This document shows, in pieces, positions 55,881 through 56,930 of a stretch of DNA of 56,930 nt; within the stretch, counting starts at the first letter, position 1, and the number at the start of each line of letters is the position of its first letter. Source of the DNA: a virus (taxonomy: Duplodnaviria; Caudoviricetes); IMG/VR virus record IMGVR_UViG_3300025267_002563, positions 1 through 56,930 of that record; one strand, 5' to 3'. The position numbers and the translations under genes were made by a program. Below the pieces are notes generated by a model. That model searched no databases and was not told where the DNA came from. It worked only from the letters and a program-made list of their open reading frames with translations.

Positions 55881-56825
55881 ATGAATCAACAAGTTTTAAT
55901 AACTGGTGGTAGTGGTTTCATTGGTACAAACCTATCGCAATACTTACTTGAAAATACCAACTATAATATTGTTTGCCTTGACAAAAAAAAAGAAGATATA
56001 GGTGACACTAGACGATTGCGTTTTGTTTCTCATGATCTTAGGTTTGAATTTAACAAAGGCATTACTAAAAAAATTGGGCCAGTTCACTACATTATTCATT
56101 TAGGCGGCACTTCAAATGTAGATCTTAGTATTGAAGATCCTATGAATACTATATTAAAGAATATTGTTGGTACTGCAAACACTCTGAATTATGCTAGGTC
56201 TTCTTGCAATCAACTCAAATTGTTTATATTTCTTAGCACAGCGGAAGTTTTTGGAACAGATGTAAATAAATATTTTAAAGAAACAGATAGATTTAATCCT
56301 TTAAATCCGTATGCTGCAACCAAAGCTAGTGCAGAATGTTTATGCTCGTCTTTCGCACATACGTATAACATACCACTAGTTCTCTGCAAAACATCTAATA
56401 TTTATGGGCCGCACCATTCATCTAAACGTTATATTTCGGTTGTAATTGATAAAATCCTAAAGGGAGAAGAGATCTCAATTTATTGTGATGTTGATGACAG
56501 TGAGGTATCCAGTAGACAATATTTATATTCTGAAGATATTTGCAATGCGTTTTTATTTTTAATGTTAAATGGTCAAGCAGGAGAAAGTTATAATATAGCA
56601 TCAGAAAAATCTATCTCTAATGTAGACTTGGCATTAACAGTGTCAAGTATTATGAAACAACCTGTAAATTATAAAAAGGTTTATAGCAATCCTTCATGTC
56701 GATACAAATCAAAACACTTACTATGTACAGATAAAATAAGGTCTCTAGGCTGGAAAGAAAATTACTCTTTAGAAGAGGGGCTTAAAAAAACTATAAACTG
56801 GTATAGCGAACACAAAACTAGCTAG
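55881..56825 (+). CDS. NDP-sugar 4,6-dehydratase/epimerase (RmlB-like SDR)
   Basis: ITGGSGFIG, STAEVFG, NPYAATK, NIYGP. Confidence 0.88.
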   Translation: MNQQVLITGGSGFIGTNLSQYLLENTNYNIVCLDKKKEDIGDTRRLRFVSHDLRFEFNKGITKKIGPVHYIIHLGGTSNVDLSIEDPMNTILKNIVGTANTLNYARSSCNQLKLFIFLSTAEVFGTDVNKYFKETDRFNPLNPYAATKASAECLCSSFAHTYNIPLVLCKTSNIYGPHHSSKRYISVVIDKILKGEEISIYCDVDDSEVSSRQYLYSEDICNAFLFLMLNGQAGESYNIASEKSISNVDLALTVSSIMKQPVNYKKVYSNPSCRYKSKHLLCTDKIRSLGWKENYSLEEGLKKTINWYSEHKTS

Positions 56826-56838
56826 GGAAAGACATTCT

Positions 56839-56930
56839 ATGAATAGAAAAGAAAAAATTTTTAAGTTTTTGAATGATCTTGAAATTGAAGAAGCTAAACA
56901 GCTTCCTCAGTTTTGTCATAACATTAATAA
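56839..56930 (+). CDS. Start of the next gene (partial)
   Basis: AGGGA RBS; MNRKEKIFKFLNDLEIEEAKQLPQF; open to the edge. Confidence 0.55.
   Translation, partial: MNRKEKIFKFLNDLEIEEAKQLPQFCHNIN

Noticed and set aside
1-56930. Genome-wide stop-codon reassignment
   Set aside because: Recognisable genes are full length in the standard code and end at TAA, TAG and TGA; no suppressor tRNA was seen.

Overview
This window is about 57 kb of a large tailed (Caudoviricetes-like) bacteriophage genome. The host may be a Planctomycete, inferred weakly from the pilin-type leader, GcvH, SufB and CAP-domain genes. 1-17.3 kb (minus strand) is the morphogenesis block: a >1499-aa tail-fibre ORF missing from the ORF track, major capsid, decoration protein, protease/scaffold, portal and large terminase, plus ERCC4 and HNH nucleases, gmd, FkbM, an ACP and a sigma-like gene. 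18-29.5 kb (plus strand) is an early-type region of short genes split into modules by nine copies of an exactly 80-bp bipartite palindromic element, most followed by a sigma70-type promoter. 30-57 kb holds accessory and metabolic genes (IscA-type, SufB, GcvH, Hsp20, thioredoxin, sigma factor, rIIA/rIIB, RuvB, DHFR, glycosyltransferases), a tmRNA and tRNAs. The best candidate for an undescribed system is at 45.35-47.90 kb. A TnpB/Cas12f-like gene with altered RuvC residues is flanked by 13 units of 55-66 nt in tandem clusters, one overlapping its 3' end. The units keep the same predicted pseudoknot fold through compensatory changes, and each displays a different 6-nt segment before an invariant CAA. 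All calls were made by eye from the sequence and ORF track; no searches or folding programs were run.
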